DNA of 63,856 nt, the filler included, from Octopus bimaculoides (Eukaryota), in assembly GCF_001194135.2 (NCBI RefSeq). It is 7 parts of 7 records of this genome, joined end to end, with 100 filler letters (N's around TTAATTAATTAA, not from the genome) between each part and the next. Parts side by side here need not be neighbours in the genome. Positions count along the whole stretch, not along the records: positions 59,532 to 62,179 come from NC_068981.1; positions 62,280 to 63,856 come from NC_068985.1; 5 more parts are not named here. One strand, given 5' to 3'. Of this stretch, positions 60,939 through 63,856 are shown piece after piece (the first letter of the stretch is position 1; each line of letters begins with the position of its first letter). The position numbers were made by a program, and so were the translations under genes. The notes below the pieces were generated by a model that worked only from the letters and a program-made list of their open reading frames with translations, ran no database searches and was not told the origin of the DNA.

Positions 60939-62179
60939 CCCTTTCGTTACCATATTTCTGACCAAAATACACCCCTTATGTGTTTCAATTAATTTCTGAC
61001 ATAATCATAAATTTAGTCTGGTTTCATTAAACGACTCTAACTTTTTTATTTATCAACATATTAATGTGATTTTTGGAAGATAATTTAACGAAAGGTTCTC
61101 AACTAATTCTATACCAAAATTTTTGTCACAGAGTGACTCTAATTACAGGTAAATTCAACAAAATATAAAATTATCTAAATTTTTGTTCAAACATCGCTAT
61201 AGAAAATGGGTTATTAGCTAATATTCAATTGGATATAGAACAAAATATTATTATAGAAGAGTTGTGCACATTACTGGATTCATCAGGTGAATTTAAACAC
61301 ACAAAAGACAGGTGTACCATAAAGGTATAAATAAAACAAAAGACTGGAATTTGTCTGTGAAGAAAACTAAAAAAAAAAATACACACACACCATCAACTAG
61401 ATAAAATAAGCTCTCCCATATACATAGATACACATAAATATACAATAATGATTTACAAAATAAATTAATTAAAATTCATCACTCACCTTACAGGTAAATT
61501 AAAATTACACAAAGAAAAATAAAAACGAAGTAAATTTGAAAATATTTATAAAATGAAATCACACATATATACAAATCAAACAATATTTCTATCATGAAAA
61601 CTTGTAAAGCACCCTGCTCTACATAATGCAACCTTGCAGAATGCACATTGGAAAGTTGTTTCAACAGCCCTTCCACTAGGAGCTTTTCTTTTTTGATGAA
61701 GGCATTCGCGACACTGCTTTTTGCGACCCTCAATTTTTCCTAATTTATGGAGATCGGCCGAATTCAGAGGGATATCTCTCTGGCAGGCTTTGCTTTTTCT
61801 CCCTACAGTTATTTTTTTTGAGGAATAACCAGCTCTTAGTTGCGTTGCTACATCTGCACGGAACTGCAGATGATCGCATCGCTTTCGAACTGGCCCCGAT
61901 TTGGTATATAGTATAAACGCATTAGTGATACTCATATTTACTATATACCAAACCAGGTATCACCACCATTTATTCCCCGGTCTGCCAAATGGATAATAAG
62001 ACATCATCTGATTCAGCCGATCTACACCACCCATGTACCTGTTATAATCGAAGTTCACAAATGGCGTGCCATTTTCATCTACATGTGGCCGTGCACAGGT
62101 AGACAGAAAATTAATTCTGCCTCTTATCTCTGTATGCGGTTGCTAGCAAATTTCCTTTCTGCCGTTGAATTATTTCACC
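60939..62179 (-). mobile_element. piggyBac transposon, 3' half, pseudogenised
   Basis: TTAA (60935-60938) then CCCTTTCGTTACC terminus; reverse translation AYRDKRQ/INFLST...DYNRYMGGVDRLNQMMSYY...KWW*YL...NAFILY and C-terminal CRECLH...CAFCKVALC...CF..FH cysteine-rich domain; one frameshift and one stop seen. Confidence 0.9.
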
Positions 62180-62223
62180 NNNNNNNNNNNNNNNNNNNNN
62201 NNNNNNNNNNNNNNNNNNNNNNN

Positions 62224-62235
62224 TTAATTAATTAA
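62224..62235. other. Artificial gap spacer TTAATTAATTAA
   Basis: As at 23480. Confidence 0.9.
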
Positions 62236-62291
62236 NNNNNNNNNNNNNNNNNNNNNNNNNNNNNNNNNNNNNNNNNNNNTATATATATATG

Positions 62292-62299
<8 letters not shown>

Positions 62300-62324
<25 letters not shown>

Positions 62325-62538
62325 TTGTGTCTGTGTTTGTCCCCCCACCAACGCTTGACAACCGATGGTCGTGTGTTTACGTCCCCGTAACTTAGCGGTT
62401 CGGCAAAAGAGACTGATAGAATGAGTACTAGGCTTCCAAAGAATAAGTCCTAGGGTCGATTTGCTCGACTAAAGGCGGTGCTCCAGCATGGCCGCAGTCA
62501 AATGACTGAAACAAGTAAAAGAGTAAAAAGAGAGAGAG
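62300..62538 (+). mobile_element. SINE family A, 3' half, little diverged
   Basis: Closely matches 21440-21612. Confidence 0.9.
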
Positions 62539-63562
62539 AGTATATATATGTATATATAAACTTTCAAATTAATAGAGAATCAACAGTATTTTGTATCGTT
62601 CTTGTCCTGGCGAAGATCATTAGCATTATACAGAATTAGTTTCAGGACACAAAATTAGTTCCAAAAAGAGATCGACATTTGAACGAAGATTTAATTCACC
62701 AGGAACTAACTTCTTGTTCTGCATACACAAACGTAGATTTATGCGTGCTTTTATTACCCCAAACATATACGCACGCATGCACACACACACATTCACACAC
62801 ATATACGCAGACATAACTCATATGTATCTGTGTACAATGAAAATGCGATCTACTGATATAAATAGAATAAAAGTGCGGACATAAGAAAAATAAATTAATA
62901 ACGTTCTACAACCGTTAATGTCGGAGGATGAATTGGAAAGGTTGTCTCATTGAATTGTGTTGTGAATAAATTGATTGCAAGTGAATTCATCATGGCGGAG
63001 GCACTTAGCTGCAATCACAAAATGCCGAATTCATGATTAATACGTCTTAAATGGATATCGAAGCAGTGATGAAAACTAAACTTCCTGTTTGGCACTCTAT
63101 GTTTCAACTCCATAGAAAACGTATGATCTTCAAAGAGCAGGGTAGAAGAATTTGTATAAGATCTTACACTGCTCAATCACCACAATTTAGGTTTAGTATA
63201 TCTAAAATAATGTTGTGTAGATGCAGTTTGTTTCTATAAAAGTATTGTATTATTGTTCAGTACAACATAGCGTGGCGTTCATATGTTTCTATTCAAAATA
63301 TACTCGAAAATGATCTTCAATATTTTCTAACATACTGCACAAAATCGACTAATAAAGTAAACGTAAGGATAAAAAGGCGAGCTATGCGTGATGTCACACA
63401 TTTTGAAATAGTAATAACTATGGAATATTGCTTCTTCACTTCTTTGATTCTTTAGAAGTTGTATAAAAGGAATTTATAATTTATAATTTGCTTTATGGCT
63501 TCAAGTGGTAGCTTGAATTACAGCCAATTTCAGTGTGGTATATATACATATAAATATGTTAA

Positions 63563-63768
63563 TAATGAAGGGTACTAGAGATAGCACCAGCATGCTAAAA
63601 TAGTAGACAGAAACAACTTAAGACCAATTATTTTCACTAACACACAAAAGGTGTATTTTCGCCTATTCCCCCGATTTCACCTTTTGTGTATTAGTGAAAT
63701 TTTGTGGTCTTAAGTGGTTTTTGACTGCTGTTTTGGCATGCTGGTGCTCTCTCTAGTACCCTTCATTG
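63563..63768. mobile_element. Fold-back MITE, 91-bp TIRs, TTAA flanks
   Basis: 63563-63653 pairs with 63678-63768 around a 24-nt spacer; TTAA at 63559-63562 and 63769-63772. Confidence 0.8.
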
Positions 63769-63856
63769 TTAATTAATAGCTATTTACCTTTATGGTCTTT
63801 TACGCATGTTAAGCCACTGATATTGTTGTAAACAACATCCTTATATATATATATAT

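Noticed and set aside
1-63856. CRISPR arrays, operons, rRNA or other prokaryotic systems
   Set aside because: No regularly spaced repeat-spacer array, rRNA-like sequence or gene-dense region; this is eukaryotic repeat DNA.

Overview
Non-coding, repeat-saturated animal genomic DNA from a gapped draft assembly. It has many N-runs, six of them with an artificial TTAATTAATTAA spacer. I infer an octopus (Octopus sp.) genome from the very high microsatellite load and from SINE families that match, from memory, octopus repeats; I could not run a database search. No host protein-coding exon could be recognised, and nearly all long ORFs in the track are translated microsatellites or N-runs. What can be supported: (i) five tRNA-headed SINE families (my labels A, B, D, E, G; about 30 copies, several with clear target-site duplications) plus a repeat I label F; (ii) four decayed mariner transposons, one piggyBac remnant, a Merlin-like non-autonomous element, a TTAA-flanked fold-back MITE and a Helitron 3' end; (iii) fragments of RTE, CR1-like and R4-like LINEs; (iv) three Penelope-like (PLE) coding remnants (one RT, two GIY-YIG). 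The most interesting signal is about nine hammerhead-ribozyme (HHR)-like motifs, mostly the minimal type I form known from PLEs. One sits inside a tRNA-headed SINE, two are 247 nt apart like a retrozyme monomer, one ends a ~470-nt highly base-paired unit, and two lie in fold-back inserts at microsatellites. Every motif here has at least one deviation from the canonical core, so activity is predicted for family consensus sequences, not shown for these copies.
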